From positions 314,952 through 378,951 of the forward strand of contig NMRA01000054.1 in NCBI GenBank assembly GCA_002633005.1: a DNA stretch of 64,000 nt, given 5' to 3'. The notes beneath the pieces were generated by a model. That model searched no databases. It saw only the letters and a list, made by a program, of their open reading frames with translations, and was not told the DNA's origin. The DNA comes from Phoronis australis (taxonomy: Eukaryota; Animalia; Phoronida). Of this stretch, positions 50,201 to 62,200 are shown in pieces (the stretch's first letter is position 1; each line of letters opens with the position of its first letter). The position numbers and the translations under genes are program-made.

Positions 50201-53200
50201 ATCACTGCTGACGAAATGTTATTATTCCCTCCCCCACACTAGGATGTTCTTGATGAATGGCTGGTCTGCCAACGCTCATGGCTCTACCTAGAGCCTATCT
50301 TCAGTTCCGAGGACATCAACCGCCAACTGCCGGTGGAAAGTAAGAGGTACCAGACCATGGAGAGGATCTGGCGTAAGATCATGAAGCAGGCACGCGACAA
50401 TCCACAGGTAAGTGGCTAGTAGACGAGGCCACACACTGTTGGTGTTACAGTTGATTGACAATGATCACTCAGTCCTCTTCATTTTTGTACTTAAATAGCA
50501 CATTAAGCCTCATTGATGGTGATTGGTTACTGTATTTGTCCATGTTGAAGACTTGCCTAAATTTTGTTGCACAATCTAGAATTTTATTTCCTATAGAACA
50601 CCCATGTTTTTGCACTTTGTAAACAGCTGTTTATGAAGAATTTCAACTCCTAAAATGCATGGAAGATATCCGTCAAATGTTTTACTTGACTCTCCAATGC
50701 TCACTGTTTCCCAGCATAAAATAACTGTTACCGTTGTGGTGTCCTGTGCAGGTGATCTCACTGTGTCCAGACAGTCGACTGCTGGATAACTTGAAGGAGT
50801 GTAACAAACTGCTGGAGCAGGTACAGAAGGGTCTCAGTGAATACTTGGAAACCAAACGCAATGCCTTCCCACGATTCTACTTCCTGTCTGATGACGAGCT
50901 CTTGGAGATCTTGTCACAGACCAAGGACCCCACTGCTGTCCAGCCTCACCTGAGGAAGTGCTTCGAGGCTATCGCTAAGGTATACACGCAAGAGATTTCT
51001 TTCGCTCATTGTTTTTCATTTAAATGATAGCATCAGAATTAAAAAGTGAGACACAGATTTTAAAATCAACACTAATGTATCAGACTATTCATTTCAATGT
51101 CTTAGTTTTAAAACAAATTCTTCATTACTGACCACAACTGAAATCCTGAATCAATTTAGAGTCTAGACTAGATGACTTTCATATTTGTTACACGCCAGTA
51201 CTATATGTAGGTATATCATCTGGAACCCCTATCCCCTAGCACATCTTAAGTTGATGTTGATGATTATAAAGATCGTTATCTAGGTGAGATGTTCGCAATG
51301 CATTGTATAAAATGTTAGTTGAATTAAGTAGAGCTTTTCTATTACATCCTATCCAGTGTACTGCTGTCAACTCACAGGTATATGATGTAGGATTTGATGT
51401 TGGTGTCGGGATGTTTATGAACAATTTCAGTAATAAGCAGCTATGCGCACTGTGGTAGAATAGTAGGCTTTTGATGGTTAGAGTTGACTAAAACAAATAG
51501 TATTCATTAAAATGAAAACTAATTGTTTTTCAACGTTTCACGTTTCTAGCTGAAATTTGAAGACGATCTGCAGATCTCAGTGATGTACTCTGCGGAAGGT
51601 GAGGAGGTTCCCCTCAAGGAGGTGCTGTACCCCACGGGTAACGTGGAGGACTGGATGTTGGAGATTGAGCGTGTGATGAAGGAGACTCTCAGACTGACAC
51701 TCAAGGAAGCTCTGGATAACTACAAGGAGGTGGGTGGTGTTTTGGGCGGTGCTCTGTGATTGATTGATGGGTGAATCTCCATCCCCTGCCGTAGTTGGTT
51801 AACTTGGGAGGAGTCATTTTGCCTGTGGCATATAATTCTTCAACTTTTTTACCAGCTGTAATTATCTGGCAAAATATGTCTGTTGGATGTTTTGTTGACA
51901 ATGTATAAATGTGGCAATTAGTACGTAACTCGTTTATCTCACTGTAACGTTGCAGAAGAGCAGTGATTAGTGAAACTTGAATTTTACTAGTAGTCACCTC
52001 TGTGTGTACCATGTATGAAGTAGGCAGCAATACAGACGACAGAGTACCTCTTACCACTAGTTTGTTTACCATATTGTAGGTGCCGCGCACCAAATGGGTT
52101 CTGAGCTGGCCAGGTCAAATCGTCATCGCTGGTTGCCAGACGTACTGGACGTCGGAGGTTACGGAAGCGCTGGAGCGTGAGGACATTGAAGGCATCACAC
52201 CACACATCCTTGGCCAGCTAGACGACCTCCGCACTCTGGTGAGGGGTAATTTGACACGGACTGAGCGACAGATTCTGTCAGCGCTCATTGTAATTGAAGT
52301 ACACGCCAGAGATGTGGTACTTAAGATGGTGGAGGAGAAGGTGTCAAACGTGAATGACTTTGAGTGGATCAGTCAGCTCAGGTGAGTGCCTGTGTTTGTT
52401 TATATCAACTTGTGTCAGTTAATTTAACCAGTAGATATAAGTTGGCATCTAGTTTTTATTCGTTTTACTTCTTTGAAACTTTAATTTTCGTGTTAAGCCA
52501 AAACTGATAATGGATTGGTTGTCTCCTTGCTGTTGTATTGCTTAGTGTGAAAGTGAATCAAAACATCATAGGATGCATTGATTTTTTAAAACATTTTTAG
52601 CGTTTTGGCAAAAACTACACTAATTTGGGAACATATAGGGTATGGATATATAGGGTATTGTTTAAAATGTGAAATAATCTGTCAGCTATGCGATGTAATA
52701 TTTTCCTTCTTTTCATTCATGTGTCCAGGTACTATTGGATGGAAAGCGATCTGAAGACTCGTGCTGTCAATGCCGAGTTCCAGTATGGTTATGAGTACCT
52801 AGGTAACAGTGGGCGACTTGTCATCACACCTCTGACTGATCGCTGCTACCTCACTCTGACTGGTGCTCTCCATCTGAAGTTTGGTGGTGCCCCAGCCGGT
52901 CCCGCTGGTACTGGCAAGACAGAAACCACAAAGGTAACGTGTTGACTGACTGGCTGTTAGTTAGTGGCAGTCTTCTTCAGTTGCAATACATTTTGTTTGA
53001 GAACAGACTTTCATTACTTGCAGAAAGGACTTGCCCTTCTTACACAGTGAGGACTGATGTGAAATGACTGGAAAGTAGAATTTGGTTGTTATGTGCTCTT
53101 TGCTTTGGTTGGGATTGGGTGGAATATTGATTTGTGCTATAAGTTAAATTTAATAATGTCATTGTACCTAACAATGCATTTTATGCTAATGCAGGATTTA

Positions 53201-56200
53201 GCCAAGGCAATGGCTATTCAGTGCGTCGTCTTCAACTGTTCTGATCAGCTTGACTTCATGGCTATGGGCAAGTTCTTCAAAGGATTAGCAAGGTATTTAT
53301 GATCCAGACTTCTTTAAACTTTTATGAAATCAAATTTGATTTATTTATCTACTCATTTTTAATCTTCTGCCAAATGCCAGAATGCAGTGTAGAGAAATTG
53401 TTTAGTAATATATTTACGTTTTGCTTTGGATTTGTTACAAAATCAAAAGCAGTGAGTGACTTTGCAGAGGTGAGTTTGCTTAACTGGTAGTAGTTTGAAT
53501 CGTTTTAAAAAAATGTATAATCAAAATTTCCCAGTTTTCCAAATGTTCTCAGTTCATGGTTTTGGAATGAAGGTAATGTAACTCATGTTGTGTATTTTTA
53601 TGCGCCCACATATTTATATGTGGACGCATTATGCCGTCATCTCCGTCCGTCCGGCGTCCATCCGGCATCCGACGTCCGCTGCTCTATCTCCAAAACCCTT
53701 TGACATACATTCATGAAATTTTGCACATATGTTCCATTCATAGATGGGATGGCATGAGCGAAGTTTTGGACGGATCCAACTACTGGTGTGCCCCCTAGTA
53801 GCATTTTTATTTTTTTACACTTACCTCTATATCTTCAAAGGTCCTCGACGTATTTTCATAAAATTTGGCATATGGGCATCTATTAGTGAGATGACACTCT
53901 CCTCCCATTTTCGGATTTTATTCGACATAGTTTGCGCCAACACTTTATCAACCAAACCACTCTGAGGATGATTGTGAAAATTGGTATGTACTATGTTCTT
54001 ACTATAAAGAGGATGGCTGTCGATGATTTTCTGAGGATTTTGACTACTATGGCGCCTCTTAGTGGCAGTTTTGTTTTTTGCGCCCGTAGCTGTATCTCCT
54101 AAATCGTTGGCAGGATCTTTACTAAATTTAGCAAGTGTATTTATATGATGTTGGCAATGGATGACGACGACTTTCGGACATATCTGACTACCGGTGTGCC
54201 CTCTAGTGGCAATTTTAGTTTTTTACGTTTACTTCTGTATCTTCAAAAGTCCTCAACATATTTTCAGAAAAATTTGGCATATAGGCATCTATTAGTGAGG
54301 TGACACTATCCTCCCGTTTTCGGATAGATTTGACATAGTTTGCATCACATAGTGGCCATTTTTGTTGTTTTCCATTCTATCAACCAAATCGTTCTAAGGA
54401 TGATTGTGAAAAGTGGTATGTTTGTTCTGACTATGAAGCTGATGATTTTCCAATGACTTTGAATACTGTGGCGCCTCCTAGTGGCATTTTTTTCTGCACA
54501 TGGCTGTATCCCCTAAATTGTTTGCAGGATCTTCACTAAATTTAGCAAGTGTATTTATATGATGTTGACAAGTGACAACGATGACTTTCTGACCGATGTG
54601 ATTACTTGTGTGACCCCTAGTGGCCATTTTAGTTTTTTACGTTTACCTCTGTATCGTCAATGTTCCTTAACAGATTTTCTTAAAATTTTGAATTTTGGCA
54701 TCTATTGATGAGATGACGCTATCTTCCCGTTTTCTGATGGAATTGAGGTATTTTGCACCGCCTAGTGGCCATTTTTGCTGTTTTCAAGTCTTGTTTTTGG
54801 CATCCACCCCTGTATCAACCAAATCAAGCTAGGAATGGTTTTGAAAATTGGCGTATATGTTGTCGGTGTGAAGAGGATGTTTGATGATGGCGACTAACTA
54901 CTGTGGCGCCTCCTAGTGGTAGTTTTGTTTTGTTTTGCGTCCATAGCTGTATCCCCTAAACCCACTACAGGATCTTTATTAAATTTAGTAAGTGTATTTT
55001 TATAAAGGTAACAAAAGACGACGACGACTTTCAGGCGGATCCAAGAGACGCTGTGCCCACTAGTGGCAATTTCATTTTATTCTGCTTTCCTTTGTTTCTC
55101 TGCAGTTCTTTGACAGAGTTTTATGTTCCTGTTTTTGGATGGATTGTACGTTTCTGCGCCATCCAGTGGTTATTTTCACACCATTTGCAATGCATTCAAG
55201 GGCGCATCTCAATGCTCCGCTTTGCTCTTGTTAAAACATTTTGTGGTGAGAAGTTTTTTATCTGCTGTAAAAGTTTGTCTGTCTGTTTGTCTGCCATATG
55301 TGTCATGGAGTGCATTTTCTAGCTCGGGTGCGTGGGCTTGCTTCGACGAGTTCAATCGCATTGACATTGAGGTGCTGTCCGTGGTTGCCCAGCAAATCAC
55401 CACCATTCAGAAGGCTCAACAACATCGGGTGAGACTCACGTCTGCTCCACGACTCTGCAGATGTCTGCTACACTACTTTTCAGTTTATGTTCTGTATTCT
55501 TGCCTTTGCTAATGTGACTGCATCAGTGAATTGGATCATGATGATTGGATTTGTCTGAATCAAATAGATTGAAACTGGTGTTGTCAATTGACATTTGGTT
55601 TTTGAAATTAAAAATGAATAATATGTTCACTTTGTAATTTTGTAAAGCCAATTTGATGGACTTGGTTACTGTTTAGATTCAAATGTTCAAAATTGTCTAC
55701 CAACCCTTTGACAATTTCTTAGTTTTAAAATTGAAATGTTTGAATTTGAAACAACTACTTATTGATAGATTTTATGAATGGCTTGTACAAATCTACAAAG
55801 AATGTCCTTAGTTGCTTTTGATCCGTGAAGTCTTTGATCCACAAACTCTGAAAAACTTGGAATTTCAGTTGCATTGATGCAGTCCAAATTATCTTATATA
55901 TTCATTACCTTTCAGGCTTCTTTCTTCACCAGGTGCTATCTTATTGGTTGTTGAGCATTCCTGTGGAATGTTTAATTATTAGTTATTCATTTCTTCGCAT
56001 TTTTTTTTGTTTCATTTCATTTGTTTTTGCATTATGTACAGTTCTGGTGCCTGGGCCTGTTTCGATGAGTTCAACCGTATTGATATTGAGGTGTTATCAG
56101 TGGTTGCTATGCAAATCACAACTATTCAAAAAGCGCAGATGGATCGGGTGAGATGGAGTGGTGCCATGGCAACGATGTGTGTGGGGTGCTTCAGTTAACA

Positions 56201-59200
56201 ATTTGTCTGAGTTTTTATTGGTAACATGCACTTTAATCCTTTCATGCACAGCTTTGTAATAAAATGAATGACGGGTTGTGTTTGCGTGTGTTTGTTAAAG
56301 AGTGTTTGTGGTGAACTTAAGACAATTTACAGTGTGTGTGTATGTGTGTGGTTTTACTGAATTCAGCAAATGACCTGAGTGTTTAAAATTCTAATGCCAT
56401 GCATTTGACACACTGGATGACCACGAGTTCTGTGATTAATCTATCGCTTGTGGCAACAGTATTTAGGATCTTTGAAAACATTTGAAGAAATCAACTGCTA
56501 ATTAAAACTCAGCACTGAATTGCTGCTGCAGTTTTAACTAGTTATTGAGATCAGAATAAATTGCAGACTGTTGCTCATGGCATGTTATATAATTCATGAG
56601 GATATTTAGGTGTAAAACATGTGTAGTCAAGTGTTATAGGAGTGGTGGACTTGCAAGCCAAGGGTCGTGAGGTTCAATCCCTTCTTGTGTAGCTGTGTAT
56701 TAGCCAACCCAATAAGCATGATTACTTGTGAAGGATTTACTTTTTTCTTGAAAAAACATATGTCCCTGACTGTGGGCAGTAGTCAGAAAAGCCTGTAGCA
56801 TGAAAATTTATATACCAATTGAATTATGAAGACTGATATTTTAGCCTGTTAACCGGGTTTGAAAGAGACCAAATGAAAGTAATATAAAAAAATTCAAGGT
56901 AGAAAAATGCTGACAGCGTAAGTTTGAAAGCTGTCTATTCACAGATTAGTTCCTGACTTACCAACACAGCCCAAAAATAGACATACCCCAGTACTAATCT
57001 AACAATTAAATTACCGAGTTGTCAGAAAATAACTAAATGGCAGGAAATTTGAAATCAAGTGATATGCATTTCATCAGCTGTCAATTACTTTCCTAGTTGG
57101 ACCGGTTCATGTTTGAGGGGGTGGAGCTTGTGCTGAAGGCTTCCTGCTCTGTTTTCATTACGATGAACCCGGGCTACGCAGGTCGCACAGAGCTGCCAGA
57201 CAATCTCAAGGTAAGGCGAGTACAGGAATGCCATCCAAAATGTGGTTTTAGACTGCACGACATGTAATTTGTGATTATGCTTTGGCCCATGGGATTGTGG
57301 GTAATTAAAATTGCAGCATGTCATGACATTCTCCGAGCAGAGTAGGTCATATGGGATTCATGTATGTTTTGTGTCATCACCAATATTGCCCAGCTGAACA
57401 TGTTGTCTCACACAACTCCTGGTTGTAAAAAGTTCTATATTTTTTACATCTTATGAAGATATGAAAGTGTTAATATGAATTGCATCAACGTCTTAATTTC
57501 ACATTTGGTGACCCATTTCACTGAAGGGTACAACATAGCTGTGGTTCTTATGACTTACTAGATCTCTGTGACTGTTTCAGGCATTGTTCCGCCCTGTAGC
57601 TATGATGGTACCTGATTACGCGCTCATCGCCGAGATCAGTTTGTTTTCATTCGGCTTCTCTGACGCCAAAGTGTTGTCCAAGAAGATCACCACCACCTTC
57701 AGACTGTCTTCAGAACAGCTCAGTGCACAGGTATGAGAAACAATGCTGGTGTTTGTTGTTTCATAGAGGATCTTTAACTAGTGCATTATTGTTCCACTTT
57801 GTGCTAACTCACAAGCTTGGCTGTCATCCCAGTGAATGATCAACATCCACATAGTGTCTGTTCATCTTGTTGTGATGACAGTCTAAGTACATGGAAATAG
57901 GTTGTTGGTTTGCACTATCAGTGGTTAGTTGTTCATTTTTCTCTCCTGCCATGGTTGTTTTAAAAAATATTCCAGGTGTATTTGCAACCTTAAGATTAAA
58001 GTGCTAAGGTTGTGGCATTTCATTCGTGTCTAGAGGTACTTGCTGCTTTTCCTATTACGTGGTTGTAACAGAGTGTAGTGGTGCTGAGGTACTGGTGGTT
58101 TCACGGGGTACTTAGAAGTTATTGCTGCTTGAGGCTGGCCTAAATCAATATTTTATATTCAGAACCTTGTGGATGGATGACTTACGCCTCTGGCTACTAT
58201 GCAACCAATATCCACACTGTCATATGTTTTTCTACTGCAGGATCATTATGACTTTGGCATGCGTGCTGTGAAGAGTGTCATCTCTGCTGCAGGAAATCTC
58301 AAGAGACAGAACCCTAACATGAATGAGGTAAATAACGGCATTTACCGTCTTTGACTGGTTTGTTTCCATTCAATGTTTTTCATAACATAACAACTTCACA
58401 TTGAAATAAGAAATCAGCTGAAACCAGTGTGAGAGGCACTTATCAAAGTTTTGTACCACCATGTCGGCAGTGTACATCTCACATGACGTTAACATTGGAG
58501 CCACCCATATTTTTGTTTCGGTCCTCCCGAGCATTACAACATTTGCTCCCCTTTCTGCAGGAGCTGATCACACTGCGAGCCATCAGAGATGTCAATGTTC
58601 CCAAGTTCTTGTCAGAAGACTTGAAACTGTTCAACGGTATCGTGTCTGATCTGTTCCCCAACATCAAGTAAGTCACTCAAGTTTAAGTTCAATGTGATCA
58701 CCTTCTACGTGGCACAGCTTTCACGTCAGCTGAGTATCCACCGTAATGTTAAACTGGCATTAAAGCTCAATTAGTCACCATGTTCTAGAGCCTTTTTCTT
58801 AATAATAATATATTTAATTAGGCAGTGAAGGTCCTTCTTTCGCAACGATGTCCTGCACGAAATGTTTATCTTTCCTGAAATATGTGAATTGAAAAGTTTT
58901 TGAAAACCGCTAAGTAATGAAATATAATTAAAAATTCTTTCTGATGGCGTGTGTCTGAGACCTGCTTATTGTCTAGACGTATCCCCATGGATTTTAATGA
59001 AAGGTAAGCTTCAATTCTGTTACTCATCGTATGTTTGTCCATTCCACAGGGAGGAGCCAATTGACTACGGTGAACTCCAGGCCACGTTGACAGCAACTTG
59101 TCAAAAGTTGGTGCTGAAGGATGTGCCCGACTTCATTCACAAGTGTATCCAACTGTATGAGACAACTGTGGTACGGCACGGGCTTATGTTGGTGGGACCG

Positions 59201-62200
59201 ACGGGCTCTGGCAAGACTAAGGTGAGCTGGGCATTCTAAAGATGTGACGGTTTTGGGTGTCTTCACATTGGGCAGAGTTTCTTGTCAGTTTTTCCGTGTC
59301 AGAACACTCTTGCCAGATTTTGGCTACATAAGGTTAAAAAGAGTATCCGATAAACTGGCTATCATTAATTTTTAAGGGACATTTAAATGCATTTTGCTTG
59401 GTTATTGAAAAGGTGTTCATCATTTTGTAATATTTTGTGTGTAAACATTTTAAAGCAGATGGTTACTGTACATTGACAAGACAAGTATAGTTCATTTAGT
59501 ACATTTTACCAAATCGAAAATAGACAGAATTCATTTGAATGGAATTGACATATTTCAGTAGCAAATACCATATTTATAATAGGTTTTATCTCGATTACCA
59601 AAAATAAAAACTACAATCCACTATGCTTTACAAATTCTGGCCACAAATTGATCAGTGGTTATTTAACAGCAGCATTGTCAAATAGTTGTTTGTTCTTTCT
59701 GAAGGTGGCACTGCTCTTTTTTTTGATTTTAGGAAAACATGGTATGCTGCAAGTTATTGGTAAAACATAGCTCAGCAGTGAAGTAGGGCAATTTCCAAAG
59801 TCATTTATACTATTTTTTATTTATATCTGTGAAGTAATTAAAAAGGAATTTGCTAATTAATGAAAAAAAAAATTTTTTGCGAAAATGGATTTTTCTGTTG
59901 AAAACAGATAACTTGCATCTTTATATTTTATGGTAGGCTGTGTGGATTTTTGGTATATGACAATCAGACAATTATTCCGTGTTTGTAGTAAAAGTAAATT
60001 AGATCTTGAAAGCAACATAAGTCAAGAGTAATTATTTGGTTTATTTTTTATCTGTTATGTGTATATAGGCCAGGTGTAGTCTGTATCAGATTGTTAACAA
60101 ATAACTTCATTTTTTGCTCCGTCTGAATTTCAGTGCTACGAAGTGCTGCAGAAGGCTATAACCACGCTGAATGGAATTATGTCCCCTGCTGGAATGCCCT
60201 TCACCCCTGTACACACGTATATCCTCAACCCCAAGTCCATCACGATGGGTCAGCTCTACGGTGAATTTGACGCCATGACCCATGAATGGTAAGAGGATGT
60301 TTGACTGTGTCTGGCATATTTAGTGTCACGCTAAGTGGTGGTTAGTCTTAGTGAACCAACTGAGTTATTACACTAAGTGATCTCACCATAACAGCAGTAG
60401 GGCTATCCCAGACCATAATGTGGAAATCTGATGCCACATTTTGTCCAAGCAACAATTTGAATTTGGTGTTAAAATCCAATGACTTATTTGTAGGACGGAT
60501 GGTATCCTCTCTTCCCTTATCCGTCTGGGCTGCGCTGCGCAGAATGATGACAAACGGTGGTACCTGTTCGATGGTCCTGTTGATGCTGTTTGGATTGAGA
60601 ACATGAATACTGTATTGGATGACAACAAGAAGCTGTGCCTCAGCAGTGGAGAGATTATCAAATTATCAGAGGTAAGACTGGGTTAGTGTGTTGAATTAGA
60701 CAAGGAGGTACGGTGACCTTTCTTCCCATTTTCCACAACTGGTGTCAACCCAGTGTGAAACAATTATGTTCACTACAAAGAATCACTATTAGTATTCTTA
60801 ACATGTTTACATACTGTTGCTTTTACCATTGGGCCATTGTAAGGTTGTCAAGAGATATAAACCATTACCAATGCTCGTCTATTGCTCTTTATGTCTCATA
60901 AAGCCTGTAACCCTTTTGTGTTGTAACAAGCCAGGGCTCAGACAATGTTGAATTGCCCAGTAATACTGTGTTCACACTGTGCAAGACTGATAAATGAAAG
61001 TTTTTATCAGTGAAATAGTGTAGCATGAAAATGCATTGAAATTTATCTCACCGCCGCCTGTCTGTTTCACATTAGTGTAAATGGTCACCATAACTGACAT
61101 CAGATTTTGCAAGGAGCAATTTCATGGTGATCGTGAACATGCTTTCTGCGACACAGTTCTGAAGTTTTTCAAATATTTGTGACCGAACATTATTCAACAT
61201 GTGTTACAATTTATGATAATTATTTACAGTACATAAATTCCATGTCAGGAGTATTGTACTGTATTGTATTGCATTGTATAATCTGAAAAAATGCATGTCT
61301 TGCCAGGATATGACTATGATGTTCGAGGTGGCTGACCTTGCTGTTGCATCCCCGGCCACCGTCAGCCGATGTGGCATGGTCTACCTGGAGCCCAGCATTC
61401 TGGGATTAGAGCCCTTTGTTGAATGCTGGCTACGTGTCATCCCTGAAGCAGTGTACGAACAGAAGGAAAAGATGAAGAGCATGTTTGACTTCTTTATGGA
61501 GGTACTGCTAGCAGTTTATGTTTCCTGTTTGTATTTCTGATAAATTCTGTTTATAGTGTTAAAAATGATTGGTTGACGTTATTTGTCCCCTGACTCTCGC
61601 TGAGTCGTCTGTGTGTTCAATTAGGGGAAAGTCTTGTGAATTTCGAGAGCTTTTGGAAGGATGGGGGGATACAAGATCCCACTGTTTTGCTTGTTAGTAC
61701 TTACATCACTAACCAAAACTTGCAAAATGTCAAGTACTATTTTGAGATAACATTTCTGGATGTTTGTTGACTTTTAATGGTAAGTGTTGTATAGGTTGTA
61801 ATTGTTAGTCTAGTCTACTGTTACTCTACTGTTACTGTCTGTCTATCATTACTTGTTGTTGGGCCTAGCAAGGTGGCCACTGTTTTTTCATTTGAGGATG
61901 GTGTTTTGCTAAACGCTGAAACATTTCAAGCCGGTTTAAATCCATCGTTGTTTTCATTAACATATGCTGCTACTTGCTATCATGGAGATAAGTATTGTTT
62001 TAATCGTACGGTGCTTTGTCATTTGTTGGCCTAAGACTAGCCGTTATCCTGCAAGTTAATAATGTTGTTTGATGCATCTTTGGTCCCTCTTCATCATATT
62101 TGGACACATTAACCATAGCTTCTACCAAAAATATTTGGAAAAATTGTGTACATTCACAACAATCGTAGAAACCAGTGAAATATAAAAAGGGCAATTTTAG

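Noticed and set aside
55323-56147. Duplicated Walker B exon as a haplotype or assembly artefact
   Set aside because: There is no N nearby, the flanking introns are unrelated, and 18 synonymous codon differences far exceed allelic variation (compare the near-identical 23439/24056 duplicate).
32722-60661. Many minus-strand ORFs overlapping DNAH1 exons (e.g. 32722-33186, 42197-42595, 60383-60661)
   Set aside because: Antisense shadows of GC-richer coding exons; no independent gene structure.
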